Position numbers and translations under genes: made by a program | In this document: in pieces, positions 38,340 to 48,569 of the stretch | Layout of the letters: every line of letters begins with the position of its first letter | Numbering within the stretch: the stretch's first letter is position 1 | The notes under the pieces: model-generated | What the model was told of the DNA's origin: nothing | Seen by the model: only the letters and a program-made list of their open reading frames with translations | Database searches by the model: none | Source of the DNA: Bradymonadia bacterium | Lineage (GTDB): Bacteria > Myxococcota_A > Bradymonadia > UBA7976 > UBA1532 | Length of the DNA: 64,000 bases | Direction: 5' to 3' | NCBI GenBank assembly: GCA_046290225.1 | Contig: JBKAGE010000078.1 | Coordinates: 1 to 64,000, forward strand

Positions 38340-39253
38340 ACCACCTCCGCAGGTGCAGAAGTGGCTGAGGCAGCAGGTCGCTCGCCGAGATCGGCCGCGG
38401 CGAGCAGGCTCGCCGTGTAGGGATGCCGGGTGCCGCGATGGTGCCGCAGGTCATCAGTGGAGGCACGCTCCACCACCTGCCCGCTCTTCATGACGATGAC
38501 CCGATCGGCGAGGTACAACACCTCGCGAATGTCGTGGGAGATGTAGAGCATCGAGCCCTGACGATCGGCGAGCAGATCTTTGAACAGCTCGACGATCTCA
38601 GCCCGTACTGTGGCATCGAGGCCCGTGGTGGGCTCGTCGGCGACGAGAAGCAGCGGGGTACACGCCATGGCCACGGCGATCATCGCCCGCTGACACATGC
38701 CACCGGAGAGCTCGTGCGGGTATGCGCGGTACACCCGTTGAGGATCAGGCATCTGCACACGCTCAAGCCACGAGAGCGCCCGTAACCTGCGCTCTTCCTT
38801 GCTCAAGCCCGACGCTGAGACCGAGACCGCCTCGGCGACCTGATCTCCCACGGTCATGAGCGGATCGAGGGACTGCCTGGGGTTCTGGAACACGGCGGTC
38901 ATCTTGTGACCCCAAAGGGGTTTCATGCGCCGATGCACCATCCGCTGCCAGCGGCGGCTGTTCTTTCGAGGTGGCTGCCCGCTCTTGATGACGGACTGCA
39001 GACCCTTGAGCAACTGGATCGGACCATTGCCACCGTCGAAGGTGATCTGGCCCCCCATCACGCCCGGCAAGCCCGCGACGAGGCCAAGCACCGAGAGCGT
39101 GGTCATGGTCTTGCCGCTCCCCGACTCGCCGAGGATGCCCAAAACCTCACCAGGGCGCACCTCGAAGCCCACGTGATCCACCACGCGCCGACGGCCCTTG
39201 GGGGTGTCGAACTCGATGACGAGATCGCGCACTGTGAGTACCGGCTGACTCAT
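38336..39253 (-). CDS. Peptide/nickel ABC transporter ATPase (OppD/DppD-like)
   Basis: GESGSGKT, YPHELSGGMCQR, VADEPTTGLD, HPYT. Confidence 0.92.
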   Translation of the reverse strand: MSQPVLTVRDLVIEFDTPKGRRRVVDHVGFEVRPGEVLGILGESGSGKTMTTLSVLGLVAGLPGVMGGQITFDGGNGPIQLLKGLQSVIKSGQPPRKNSRRWQRMVHRRMKPLWGHKMTAVFQNPRQSLDPLMTVGDQVAEAVSVSASGLSKEERRLRALSWLERVQMPDPQRVYRAYPHELSGGMCQRAMIAVAMACTPLLLVADEPTTGLDATVRAEIVELFKDLLADRQGSMLYISHDIREVLYLADRVIVMKSGQVVERASTDDLRHHRGTRHPYTASLLAAADLGERPAASATSAPAEVV

Positions 39254-40080
39254 CGCACCGCCTCTGCCCTACGGGCGACGAGGTTGCCGAAGGCCAGGAA
39301 GCCAGAGATGGCCACCACGATGGCGAGGGCCGGGAACATCCAGGCCCAGTACGCTTCGATGCCCGTGTCACGGGCCTGAGCCACCATGTTGCCCCAAGAC
39401 GGTGTGGGCTCCTGCACCCCATAGTCTCCGAGATACGAGAGCGCGGTCTCGACGAAGAGCACATAACCGAAGACGTAGGCCCCCTGGCGAATCAGCAGGG
39501 GCCGGCACTGCAGCCACAGGATGTGATAGAGCAAAATCCGCGGGGTGCTGAAGCCATGGGCGATGTGGGCGAGGATGTAGTCCTCCGAGGCGAGAGCTTC
39601 TACTCGACGCTGAATGACTCGGGCCACTGTGGGGATGAACAGCAAGCCAGTGACCACGGCGATGAGCATCATCGACGGATCGAGAATGGTGCACACCAGG
39701 ATCAAGAAGATCAGCCGGGGCAATGTGTCGATCAGCTGCATGCCATAGAGGGTGACGGCCTGCAGCGGCCCCCGGGCATAGCCCACGAGGGCGCCAGTGA
39801 GGGCGCCGAGGCTCATGGTGATGGTGGCGGCGACGATGCCCGGCAAGAAGAAGGCATTGATGCCCATGAAGACGCGCATGGCCACGTCCCGGCCCTGATC
39901 GTCAGTGCCGAAGATGTGCTCACCAGATGGGCCCAGGCGCCGCCGGGCGTAATCCACAGCTTCCGCTGGATCGTACTCGATGAAGGGCGCAATGAGCCCC
40001 ACGATGATCACGAGGGCCACCACCCCGCCGCTCACGATGAGCGCGCTGCGTCCGAGCTTATCCCCCATGAGCAGCCTCAC
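39250..40080 (-). CDS. Peptide ABC transporter permease (OppC-like)
   Basis: HIFGTDDQGRD, ETALSYLG, PSWGNM. Confidence 0.92.
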   Translation of the reverse strand: MRLLMGDKLGRSALIVSGGVVALVIIVGLIAPFIEYDPAEAVDYARRRLGPSGEHIFGTDDQGRDVAMRVFMGINAFFLPGIVAATITMSLGALTGALVGYARGPLQAVTLYGMQLIDTLPRLIFLILVCTILDPSMMLIAVVTGLLFIPTVARVIQRRVEALASEDYILAHIAHGFSTPRILLYHILWLQCRPLLIRQGAYVFGYVLFVETALSYLGDYGVQEPTPSWGNMVAQARDTGIEAYWAWMFPALAIVVAISGFLAFGNLVARRAEAVR

Positions 40081-41041
40081 GGGGATCGACGGCAGCGCGA
40101 ACCAGATCGGCGATGACGTTCACCACGATGATGGTGACGGTGAAGCACACGCTCACCGCGACGACCACGGGGAAGTCACGGAACTTCGCCGACTCGAAGA
40201 GCACATAGCCCGCGCCATTGAGGGCGAAGATCCGTTCGACGATGACCGCGCCGCTCAAAATCAGGGGCAACCGAGCAGCATAGGCACTCACCAGGGGCAC
40301 GATGAGGTTCCGGGCGATGTGACGCACCGTGCCGGCCCCCTTGGCCCGCACCGCGGCGATGAACTGGCTGCCCTGCAGGCGCAAGAGCTCTGCCCGCACG
40401 GCGTTGAAGGTGTCCATCAGCATACCGTCGGCCACCATGAGCACGCCGCCGGCGAAGACATAAGGCATCAGCGACTTGCCCTCAGTCTCCCAGAACAACG
40501 GGTACCAGGCCGGTGGATCGAAGCCCTCTTGTATTCGGTGGGTGAACACCAGGTAGTTGGTGATCTGGGCAAAGAAGAACGCCGCGATGAACGATGGCGC
40601 TGCTGTAATCACATATAAGAGGCTGGTGATGCCCCTGCCTATCGGACCGGGTTGCCCCGCGATGATGGCCCACACGAGAGCCACCGTCAGGCAAGCGAGC
40701 AACGCCAGCACCGACAACAAGAGCGTGCGGCCAAAGGCAGGCAGCACCACGTCGAGCACCTCGGCCCCCGTCTCGAAGACGAGTGATTGACCAAAGTCAC
40801 CGCTGGTGGATCGAAGCAGCCAGTGGCCATACCCGGAGACAATGTCTCGATCGAGGCCGAACTCTGCAGCGAGCTTGGCCTTGATCTCCGGATCGGTCCC
40901 AGGAGGGCTGATGGCGTCGATGGCGTCGCCTGGCGCCGCACGCACAGTGGCGTAGATGACGAAGCTGGCCCCGACCAGGAGCAGCACACCAGAGAGCAGC
41001 CGTCGCGAGCTCGCCCCCATGAGGCGCCAGAAGCGGTTCAA
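40058..41041 (-). CDS. Peptide ABC transporter permease (OppB-like)
   Basis: APGD, FGLDR, GDFGQS, VRAKG, GAVIVERIF, RDFPVV, DPR; TTG start overlapping upstream stop (start uncertain). Confidence 0.9.
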   Translation of the reverse strand: MNRFWRLMGASSRRLLSGVLLLVGASFVIYATVRAAPGDAIDAISPPGTDPEIKAKLAAEFGLDRDIVSGYGHWLLRSTSGDFGQSLVFETGAEVLDVVLPAFGRTLLLSVLALLACLTVALVWAIIAGQPGPIGRGITSLLYVITAAPSFIAAFFFAQITNYLVFTHRIQEGFDPPAWYPLFWETEGKSLMPYVFAGGVLMVADGMLMDTFNAVRAELLRLQGSQFIAAVRAKGAGTVRHIARNLIVPLVSAYAARLPLILSGAVIVERIFALNGAGYVLFESAKFRDFPVVVAVSVCFTVTIIVVNVIADLVRAAVDPREAAHGG

Positions 41042-42585
41042 GGAGCGAACTCCCACTCCTCGATGGAGGAAAAGTAGCGGTAAGGCAGGATGAACACGTT
41101 CTTCAAACGCGTGCTGACACCAGAGTAGACCTCTACCGTCCACAGGAACACATAGGGCAGCTCTGTGTGAACAGCCTGATGTACCTGCTTCATGAGCGAT
41201 TTGACCTCGCGGTAATCTTTGGACTTCTTGGCCTTATCGAGCAGGGCATCCACCTTCTTACTCTTGAAGCCAATGTAATTCAGCACGCCCTTCGAGTGGA
41301 ACAGCGGATAGACGTCTTCAATCTCCTCGAAAGACCACACGTTGAGGGTCATGTCGAACTTACCCTTGCCGATGACCATCTCACGATAGGCAGCATGATC
41401 GCGGTAATCGAGGTTGACCTTCACCCCGACCTTGCTCAGCTGTCCCTGAATCCCGAGGGCCAGCTCACGACTGCTGGTGAGCTCTTTGTCCAGCACGAAG
41501 GTGATCTCAAGCAGCTGTTTACCCTTCTTGCGGTATTGCCCTCGCTTCACATAGCCAGCGGCCTTGAGCAGGGCCCTCGCCTGCTCGAGGTTGGTCTTCC
41601 TCGGCTTGACCTCGAAGTTGTAGAAAGGACTCGCTTCCGTGAAGGGGCCGCTGATGACGTCGCCTCGGCCGAGGTTGGCCTCTACGAGCTCTTTGCGGTC
41701 GAGGGCGAGGGTGATGGCCTCGCGTACCCTCACATCTTTGAGGGCCTTGTTCTTGTGGTTGAAGCCCAAGTACCACCACGACACCGTGGGGTAGAAGACG
41801 AGCTCGATCCCCTGCAGCTCATCGAGGACCGGGAGCTCCTTCGGCGGCAGAAATATCACCACGTGATGTCCCGAGTCCCCACCGAACTTGAGACCTGCCA
41901 CCTGCATGACCTTGTCCGGCATGGCCTGCATCTCGATCTTGGGGAGCTTGACCGGCACGAAGTACTTCGGGTTGGCCTTGAGGCGGAGGCCCTTCGTCGA
42001 GTAGCCCCCCTTCGTCAAGATGAACGGCCCAGTGCCCACGGGCCGTCGAGCGAACTTGTGGGTACGCTGGATGGCTGTGGTCTCGAAGGCGTGTTTGGGG
42101 ATGATCTTGAACATGAAACGCTTCACTGGGCTCTCAAGGGGCCGAGTGAAGGCGATGTCGATCGTATGTGGATCAACGACAGCAACGCTCTTGATGAATT
42201 CGTACTTCCGCTTGGCGTTGAAGATCGTGCCCGGATCGTGGGCGGCGTCGATGGTGAACTTCACATCGGCTGCGGTGAAGGGCTTGCCATCGTGCCACTC
42301 AACGCCCTTTCGCAAGCTGAACCGGATGCTGTCCTTCCCCGAACTCAGCTTCCACGAGGTGGCGAGGCCAGGGGCCATCTCACCGGTCTTGGCCTCTGTC
42401 ACCAGCGAGTCGAAGATCAACTCCACCATGCGCACTGAGGTCATGTCCTCGGCAAAGAATGGCAACAATGACAGCGGTCGGGCGTCTTCGGGGTAGCGAA
42501 GAGTATCCAGCTTGGCCATGGCGGGGAAAGCGATGGCCACGCTGAGGGCCACGATCGTCAATGAGTGCAGCAGACGTCCCGTCAT
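41038..42585 (-). CDS. Family 5 ABC substrate-binding protein (OppA-like), paralog 2
   Basis: LIFDSL, PGLATSW, WHDGKPFTAADVKFT, PVGTGPF; SPI signal peptide. Confidence 0.92.
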   Translation of the reverse strand: MTGRLLHSLTIVALSVAIAFPAMAKLDTLRYPEDARPLSLLPFFAEDMTSVRMVELIFDSLVTEAKTGEMAPGLATSWKLSSGKDSIRFSLRKGVEWHDGKPFTAADVKFTIDAAHDPGTIFNAKRKYEFIKSVAVVDPHTIDIAFTRPLESPVKRFMFKIIPKHAFETTAIQRTHKFARRPVGTGPFILTKGGYSTKGLRLKANPKYFVPVKLPKIEMQAMPDKVMQVAGLKFGGDSGHHVVIFLPPKELPVLDELQGIELVFYPTVSWWYLGFNHKNKALKDVRVREAITLALDRKELVEANLGRGDVISGPFTEASPFYNFEVKPRKTNLEQARALLKAAGYVKRGQYRKKGKQLLEITFVLDKELTSSRELALGIQGQLSKVGVKVNLDYRDHAAYREMVIGKGKFDMTLNVWSFEEIEDVYPLFHSKGVLNYIGFKSKKVDALLDKAKKSKDYREVKSLMKQVHQAVHTELPYVFLWTVEVYSGVSTRLKNVFILPYRYFSSIEEWEFAP

Positions 42586-42669
42586 CTCGGGCTGACTCCT
42601 CGGTGTGTGCTCGACCTGACTCAGCGCGGATATTCAGCGGGCTTTATCAGCGCCGCTGGGGGGCTCAAC

Positions 42670-44220
42670 TCAAGGAGAGAGGCCCCAGTCTTCAAATGAA
42701 GTGAAGTAGTAGTAAGGCTGGATGAACACGTTCTTCACGCGCTTGCTGATCCCCGAGTAGATGTCGAGGGACCACAGGAAGAAGTAGGGCAGCTCGGCGT
42801 TCACCACCTGGTGAATCTCCTTCATCAGCTCCTTGTACTTCTTGTAGTCGCGGGTGGCCTTGGCCTGGTCGAGCAGGCCGTCCACCTTCTCGCTGTTGAA
42901 CCCAATGAAGTTCATCACGCCATCGGAGTGGAACAGCGGGTAGACATCCTCGACCTCTTCGAATGACCACACGTTCAGGGTCATGTCGAAGTTCTTCTTC
43001 ACGAAGACGAGCTCGCGGTACCGCGCGTGATCGAGGTACTGAGGCGTGACCTTGATGCCGATCTTGCGCAGCTGAGCCTGAATGCCCAGGAACAGCTCCT
43101 GGTTGCTGGCGAGCTCTTTGTCGAGCACGAACTTGAACTCGAGCTTGGCCTTGCCCTTCTTGCGGTACCGACCCTTCTTGGCGTAGCCCGCCTCGTCGAG
43201 GATCTGGTTCGCCCGGGCCACGTCCTGCTCACGAAGCTCGACCTCGAAGTTGTAGAATGGGCTCGACTCGGTGAAGGGGCCGCTGAGGATGTCGCCGCGA
43301 CCGAGGTGGGCCTCTACGAGCTCCTGGCGGTTGAGGGCCAGGGCGATGGCCTGACGCACCTTGTTGTCGTTGAGGGCCTTGTTCTTGTGGTTGTACGCCA
43401 TGTACCACCACGACACCGTGTGATAGGGCTCCAGCACCACGGAGTCGCTGTTCTCGAAGACCGGGATCTCCTTGGGCGGCAGGAAGATCACCGCCTGCAC
43501 ACCGGCGCTGCCGCCGGAGTACTTGAGCACGCTCACCTGGCCGGCCTTGTCGGGGGTGTGCTGCATCTCCACGCTGGCGACCTGCACCGGGTTGAAGTAC
43601 CCGGGGTTGGCCTCAAGGTTGACGCTGCGCACGGAGAACCCGCCCTTCTTCACCATGAAGGGGCCGGTGCCCACGGGCTGCCGGGCGAACTTGTCCTTCC
43701 GGCTGATGGCGGTCTTCTTGAACTTGTGCTTCGGGATGATCTTGAACAGGAACCGGCGCTCGGGCTCGGCGACGGGCCGAGTGAACGTGAAGTGCACCGC
43801 GAACTTGCCCTCGACGGTCACCGTGTTGATGAACCGGTACTTGCCCTTGGCGTTGAACACGGTGCCGGGATCTTGGGCGGCGTCGATGGTGAACTTCACG
43901 TCATCAGCGGTGAAGGGTTTGCCATCGTGCCAGTTGATCCCTTCGCGCAAGACGAAGCGAATGCCGCCACGATCGGGATCCACCTCCCAGGAGGTGGCGA
44001 GACCGGGGGCAAAGTCACCGCGCTTGTCGACGTAGATCAGCGAGTCGAAGATCAGCTCCACCATGCGGACAGAGCTCATGTCCTCGGCGAAGAAGGGCAT
44101 CAGCGAAGAGGGGCGGTTGTCCTCCGGGTACCTGAAGGTCTGGCTCTGAGCCCCAGCAGGCGCGGCCATGGCCACGCCGAGGAGGGTGATCATCAGGGAG
44201 TGCAGCAGGCGTCTCATCAT
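42670..44220 (-). CDS. Family 5 ABC substrate-binding protein (OppA-like), paralog 1
   Basis: Same motifs as paralog 2; SPI signal peptide. Confidence 0.92.
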   Translation of the reverse strand: MMRRLLHSLMITLLGVAMAAPAGAQSQTFRYPEDNRPSSLMPFFAEDMSSVRMVELIFDSLIYVDKRGDFAPGLATSWEVDPDRGGIRFVLREGINWHDGKPFTADDVKFTIDAAQDPGTVFNAKGKYRFINTVTVEGKFAVHFTFTRPVAEPERRFLFKIIPKHKFKKTAISRKDKFARQPVGTGPFMVKKGGFSVRSVNLEANPGYFNPVQVASVEMQHTPDKAGQVSVLKYSGGSAGVQAVIFLPPKEIPVFENSDSVVLEPYHTVSWWYMAYNHKNKALNDNKVRQAIALALNRQELVEAHLGRGDILSGPFTESSPFYNFEVELREQDVARANQILDEAGYAKKGRYRKKGKAKLEFKFVLDKELASNQELFLGIQAQLRKIGIKVTPQYLDHARYRELVFVKKNFDMTLNVWSFEEVEDVYPLFHSDGVMNFIGFNSEKVDGLLDQAKATRDYKKYKELMKEIHQVVNAELPYFFLWSLDIYSGISKRVKNVFIQPYYYFTSFEDWGLSP

Positions 44221-44273
44221 CCGGGACCTGGCTCCTAGGTGTGTGATTGCCCCTTCGGGGCCTCGCGCGTGTC

Positions 44274-45893
44274 TCAGTTGCCCCGCTTGACACCACCCCC
44301 ATGGTTGATGGCCCGGATCGTGAGCAGATCGCGGAGCATCTCCATGGGCGTGAGCACGGCGGGCAGGTGATCCCTCATTCGGTTGAGGTACTTCACCGCC
44401 ACTCGGGGCTGTCCAATGTCTACGTTGTCCAGGGCCGAAGCAGTCAACGCCGAGAGCGTGTTCCGCCGTGAAGGCGCCTGGGACTTGGATTTCTCTTCTG
44501 CGTCCGCCCGAACTCGAGTGGCCACGGCACGTTTGCCGGTGCGACTGAGTGCGTCGGCGAACCGACGTTGGACGACATCAACGTACCGATCAATCAAAAG
44601 CAGATCAGCCACAACCTGCTGACCGGGGGCATCTTTGGGGATGGCTTCTCGAACAAGACGCTCCAACTGACTGCGATCAGTAGGGAAAACATCCTTTTCG
44701 AGTGGCTGACCAAAACGAACGAGAGTTCGAACTCGGCTCACCTTCTGGGCGATGCTGCTCTGGCCAATCTGCTCAGCGGCAGCCTTGGCAGCGTCGCGCT
44801 GGCCCGCTTGATCCAGCGCCATGGCCTGAAGGGCGATGGCTTCGGCCTTGAAGTCGTCGAAGGTCGAAATGCCAGAGAAGATCACCAGAGAGAGTGGCAG
44901 CTCACCAGCAAAGCCAGCAGCCGCCTCGGCACTCTTCGCAGCCTCGGCGCCCTTGCCCTGAAGCAACTGGGCCTCGGCGAGGAGCAGCTGCGACGCACCA
45001 GCGACCCCCTTGAGGTGCTCTTCAGCCACAGCGGCGTACACATGGCCCTGCGCCAGCAGCCCATGGGGATCGAGAAACACGAGGTTCTGCTTCTCGAGCT
45101 CAATCCGTACGTCGGGCGTGGCCTGGTTGATGCGAGCGAGCCGCTTGCGGGCCTCTTTGAGGCGACCGGCGGCGACGAGGGACCTCAGCCGAAGTCGCTC
45201 TCCGTACACCTTCTCGCTGCCGGGCGGGATGTCGGCGTCGGCGCCCCCTGCCCTGCCTGCGAGCAAATCGGGGAGCGGGCCCACGGCATCGGCCTTGAGC
45301 GCAGCGGACCACGGAACCACAGGGGATCCCTCTGGCGCAGTGCTGGTGGGCACCTCACCGGTCTGCTTGAAGCCCATCTGCGCACCATACTGATGCATGC
45401 GCACTTTGATGAAATCGGCCCAGGCAGAGCCTGCGGCGGCACCGGGCAATGCCATCTGGGCCTTGAGGACCTTGGGCGAGGCCCGATAGACAATGTCGGC
45501 GAGGCGCATGTGGGCATGGGCCAACTCCAGAGCGGAGCGCGCGGCGCCGATCTTCAAATCGACATCATCTGCTTTGGATTTCAGATCACCCTCGAAGGCC
45601 TCGAGAGCCTTGAGGGTGTCGTTCTGCATCAACAGCGGCCAGCCTGCGCTGGCGCCCCCGATGGCATCGAGTCCTGCAGGATCTTGAGCGGCCTTGACGA
45701 TCCAGCTCTCGGCGAGCGCCGACTTCTCGGCGGTGACGTCGAAGCTGGCATCGGGCAGACGTCGGGCGCTCTTCTTGCCCCCGTCTCCACCCGTGTTGTC
45801 GCCACCACACCCTGCCCCCACAGAGAGGCCGAGGGCGAAGGTGCCCATGACGATCGTACGCACGAAGCGCTGCCGGTGATCCTGGTGTGGCAT
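44274..45893 (-). CDS. Hypothetical helical (TPR-like) lipoprotein
   Basis: Lipobox GAGC; Ala/Leu-rich helical repeats. Confidence 0.68.
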   Translation of the reverse strand: MPHQDHRQRFVRTIVMGTFALGLSVGAGCGGDNTGGDGGKKSARRLPDASFDVTAEKSALAESWIVKAAQDPAGLDAIGGASAGWPLLMQNDTLKALEAFEGDLKSKADDVDLKIGAARSALELAHAHMRLADIVYRASPKVLKAQMALPGAAAGSAWADFIKVRMHQYGAQMGFKQTGEVPTSTAPEGSPVVPWSAALKADAVGPLPDLLAGRAGGADADIPPGSEKVYGERLRLRSLVAAGRLKEARKRLARINQATPDVRIELEKQNLVFLDPHGLLAQGHVYAAVAEEHLKGVAGASQLLLAEAQLLQGKGAEAAKSAEAAAGFAGELPLSLVIFSGISTFDDFKAEAIALQAMALDQAGQRDAAKAAAEQIGQSSIAQKVSRVRTLVRFGQPLEKDVFPTDRSQLERLVREAIPKDAPGQQVVADLLLIDRYVDVVQRRFADALSRTGKRAVATRVRADAEEKSKSQAPSRRNTLSALTASALDNVDIGQPRVAVKYLNRMRDHLPAVLTPMEMLRDLLTIRAINHGGGVKRGN

Positions 45894-45899
45894 CGGGAA

Positions 45900-48053
45900 T
45901 TACAGCCCCAGCTCGCTCTTGCGCTCGGCAAGCTCGCCGATCTTCCGCTCGGCCTTGGAGACCTCACCGGGGTTGTGGCCGCGGTTGAAGGTCTTGTAGC
46001 GCTCCCAGTTGCGGATCGCCCGCTCGAGGTGCTGAGGATCAGCCCCCTTGGGATCTTCGTGGTACTGCCGCATGAATTCGAACTCGAAGACCTCGGCGTG
46101 GAACTTGTAGGCATCGGCCTTCGCCGCCTTGGGCAGCCGCCGCATGTTGATCTCCACGCGCTTCATGGTCCGGATGGCCTTCTTGTAGCGCGATTGCTTG
46201 GCGTACGACTTCGCCAAAGACAGCAACACCGTGGGATCGCGCTTGTAGCGACCGGAGGAGGTGGCCTCCTCAAGCTCCTTGGCCTGCCGCTTGTAGTCCT
46301 TCTGGCGGTAGTAGTAGTCCGCCAGCATACGGTGGGCCTCGGTGTACTTCGGGTGCCGGCGCTCGATCTGACCCAGGAACTCCACATCGGACTGCTGGAG
46401 CATCTGAGAAGACTTGAGCGAGCCGTTGATGGCCTTCACCCGAGCGCTGATCTCTTCTTTGGACATGTTGCTCGGGGATGCAGCCCCAGTGGCCACGGCA
46501 GAGCCACCGCCACCGCTGCCCTTACCTGGCTGCACACGAGCGCTCTCCTCGACGCCGAGCAATCCACCATTGGCGAGATCAGTCGACGGGGGGGGCGGCT
46601 CCACGGCGGCCACAGGCTCGGGGGCCGGCTCGGGGATCGGATCGACAGCTACAGGCTCAGGCGCTGGCTCCGGGATCGGATCAGCCACAGGCTCAGGGAT
46701 CGGGTCAGCCACGGGCTCGGGGATCGGATCAGGATCGCTGCCGAGCAGGGTGATGTCGGGATCAGCAGCTGGCGGAGGCGTAGGCGCCGCTGCAGTTGCA
46801 AGGCCCACACCAGCACCGGTGCCGATGCCAAGAGGCGTGTCGAACTCCCCGCCGTTGTCTTCGGGCTCGGGGATCGGATCGGCAGCCACAGGCTCAGGGA
46901 TCGGATCAGGGATCGGATCAGCCACGGGCTCCGGAATCGGCTCGGGGATCGGATCGGCCACGGGCTCCGGAATCGGCTCGGGGATCGGATCGGGTGTGGG
47001 GATCACTGCGACCGCCACAGGCTCAGGGGCCGGCTCGGGGATCGGATCAGCCACGGGCTCCGGAATCGGCTCGGGAATCGGATCGGGCTCCACCCGAGCG
47101 GTGCTGCCCGAATTGACATCGAAGATGTCGGCAGCAGGTGCCGGCTCCGGGTCGTCCTTCGCCTTCCTGGACCGACCCTTCGGGGCCGGATCGGCCACTG
47201 GCTCGGGGGCAGGCGCCAAATCATCCCACAGTGAATCCTTCGCTGCGGGCTTCGGCTCGTTCTTGGCCACCTTCACCGGCTCCACAGCAGGAGGCGGCTC
47301 CACAGCGGGGGGCGGCTCTGGGGCGGCGGGCTCCGGCTGGGGAGGCTCCGCAGCGGGTGGGGGCTCGGCCTTGGCGATGACCGTGTCGCTGGTCTCGCCG
47401 ATGGGTCCGCTCTTCGAGGGGGTCAGCAGATAGATCTGGTCGTCTTCGGCGAAGGCGCCCTGGTAGCGCAGCGCGCCGGCGCTGGCCCGCAGCTGCATGC
47501 CCGGCACGCCGCTCACGAGGATCATGGCGTCGCCGTTGCTGCCGGTCTTGCCCACGAACTCGTCGTTCACCTTGACGGGGGTGCCCCCCTTCTCGGTGCG
47601 CACCATGAGCAGGAAGTCGCGCTTGGGTCGCTGCAAGGTGGCCACGAACTCCACCTGGAGGGGGCGACCGTCGGCGGGATACTGCACCTTGAACTGCCAG
47701 CGGGATTGATCGACGTTCGGGGGAATCGTGTAGCCCTCAGGGGTCTCCACGTTGAAGGTGAGCGTGTCACCGTTCTTGGCGCCGAACTTGCCGCGGAACA
47801 CCCCGTCGGGGCCGGTGATGCCGAACTTCTTGCCGTTGATGTAGAACTGCACGAGTTCCACAGGCTTGGCCTGAAGGTCGACGGTCTTCACCAGCAGGAT
47901 GACCTCGCTCTGCTGAGCGGTCTGGGTTTGAGTGGCCTCACCTTCCGGCGGCTTCTCACCACACGCGGTCAAACCGGCGCTGAGGCTCACAGCCCCAGCG
48001 AGCACCCAGTGGCCTCGGGTGTTCTTTTTCATGGTCTTCCCCATCGTCTCCAC
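45900..48053 (-). CDS. Lipoprotein: N-terminal beta domains, long PEPVADPI Pro/acidic stalk, C-terminal TPR-like domain
   Basis: Lipobox LTAC; repeats visible; LLSLAKSYAKQSRYKKA. Confidence 0.75.
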   Translation of the reverse strand: METMGKTMKKNTRGHWVLAGAVSLSAGLTACGEKPPEGEATQTQTAQQSEVILLVKTVDLQAKPVELVQFYINGKKFGITGPDGVFRGKFGAKNGDTLTFNVETPEGYTIPPNVDQSRWQFKVQYPADGRPLQVEFVATLQRPKRDFLLMVRTEKGGTPVKVNDEFVGKTGSNGDAMILVSGVPGMQLRASAGALRYQGAFAEDDQIYLLTPSKSGPIGETSDTVIAKAEPPPAAEPPQPEPAAPEPPPAVEPPPAVEPVKVAKNEPKPAAKDSLWDDLAPAPEPVADPAPKGRSRKAKDDPEPAPAADIFDVNSGSTARVEPDPIPEPIPEPVADPIPEPAPEPVAVAVIPTPDPIPEPIPEPVADPIPEPIPEPVADPIPDPIPEPVAADPIPEPEDNGGEFDTPLGIGTGAGVGLATAAAPTPPPAADPDITLLGSDPDPIPEPVADPIPEPVADPIPEPAPEPVAVDPIPEPAPEPVAAVEPPPPSTDLANGGLLGVEESARVQPGKGSGGGGSAVATGAASPSNMSKEEISARVKAINGSLKSSQMLQQSDVEFLGQIERRHPKYTEAHRMLADYYYRQKDYKRQAKELEEATSSGRYKRDPTVLLSLAKSYAKQSRYKKAIRTMKRVEINMRRLPKAAKADAYKFHAEVFEFEFMRQYHEDPKGADPQHLERAIRNWERYKTFNRGHNPGEVSKAERKIGELAERKSELGL
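46600..47095 (-). repeat. In-frame tandem repeats encoding PEP(I/V/A)/ADPI units
   Basis: Recurrent gggatcggatcagccacgggctc variants. Confidence 0.85.
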
Positions 48054-48140
48054 TCCGTGTCCCCGCAGGGCATCACGGCCGGGTCTCGAGCAGTGTCGAT
48101 GACGCGTCTCGCTCGGAAAACGCTCACCGCGAGGGCGGTC

Positions 48141-48569
48141 TCAGTTGCCGATGATCGGAACAGAAGCCTCGTCGGGCTCCCGCTCGGGATCGGCGGTCGG
48201 ATCGGGTGCAGTCTCTTCAATGTCCGGCGTCAGGACCTTCATTACGAGGTCCTCGACTTTGTTGGGGCCGCCCTCGACCTTGATCTCCAGACCCAGCTCT
48301 TCAAATCCGAATTTACGCACCCGGACTCGGTATACGCCCGGGGGTATCGGTTCGATCTCTCCGGTCTCGTTGATCCGCTGTCGGATGTTGAAGAAACCCT
48401 TGGGATTCGTGAGCACAACGTCGGTGTCAGGCTCGGTGAAGACCTCGGCCTTGGGGATGGGCGCCCCGGTCTCGTCGGTGATGCGGCCCACCAACGACAC
48501 AGGCTGGCCACCACACCCGACGAGAACTGCAGCGAGCAGAGCGCTCGTCAACACGCGCAGAAACATCAC
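48141..48569 (-). CDS. Small lipoprotein with carboxypeptidase-regulatory-like (prealbumin) domain
   Basis: Lipobox LVGC; GRITDETGAPI, TNPKGFF, PPGVYRVRVRKFGF. Confidence 0.8.
   Translation of the reverse strand: MMFLRVLTSALLAAVLVGCGGQPVSLVGRITDETGAPIPKAEVFTEPDTDVVLTNPKGFFNIRQRINETGEIEPIPPGVYRVRVRKFGFEELGLEIKVEGGPNKVEDLVMKVLTPDIEETAPDPTADPEREPDEASVPIIGN

Noticed and set aside
46600..47095. Possible CRISPR array
   Set aside because: Degenerate in-frame coding repeats with no unique spacers and no cas genes.
44568..47234. 888-aa plus-strand ORF
   Set aside because: Antisense shadow of two well-formed minus-strand genes; high GC3 and the repeats suppress stop codons.
44274..48569. Two operon lipoproteins both ending in -GN
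   Set aside because: A two-residue match is too short to distinguish from chance.
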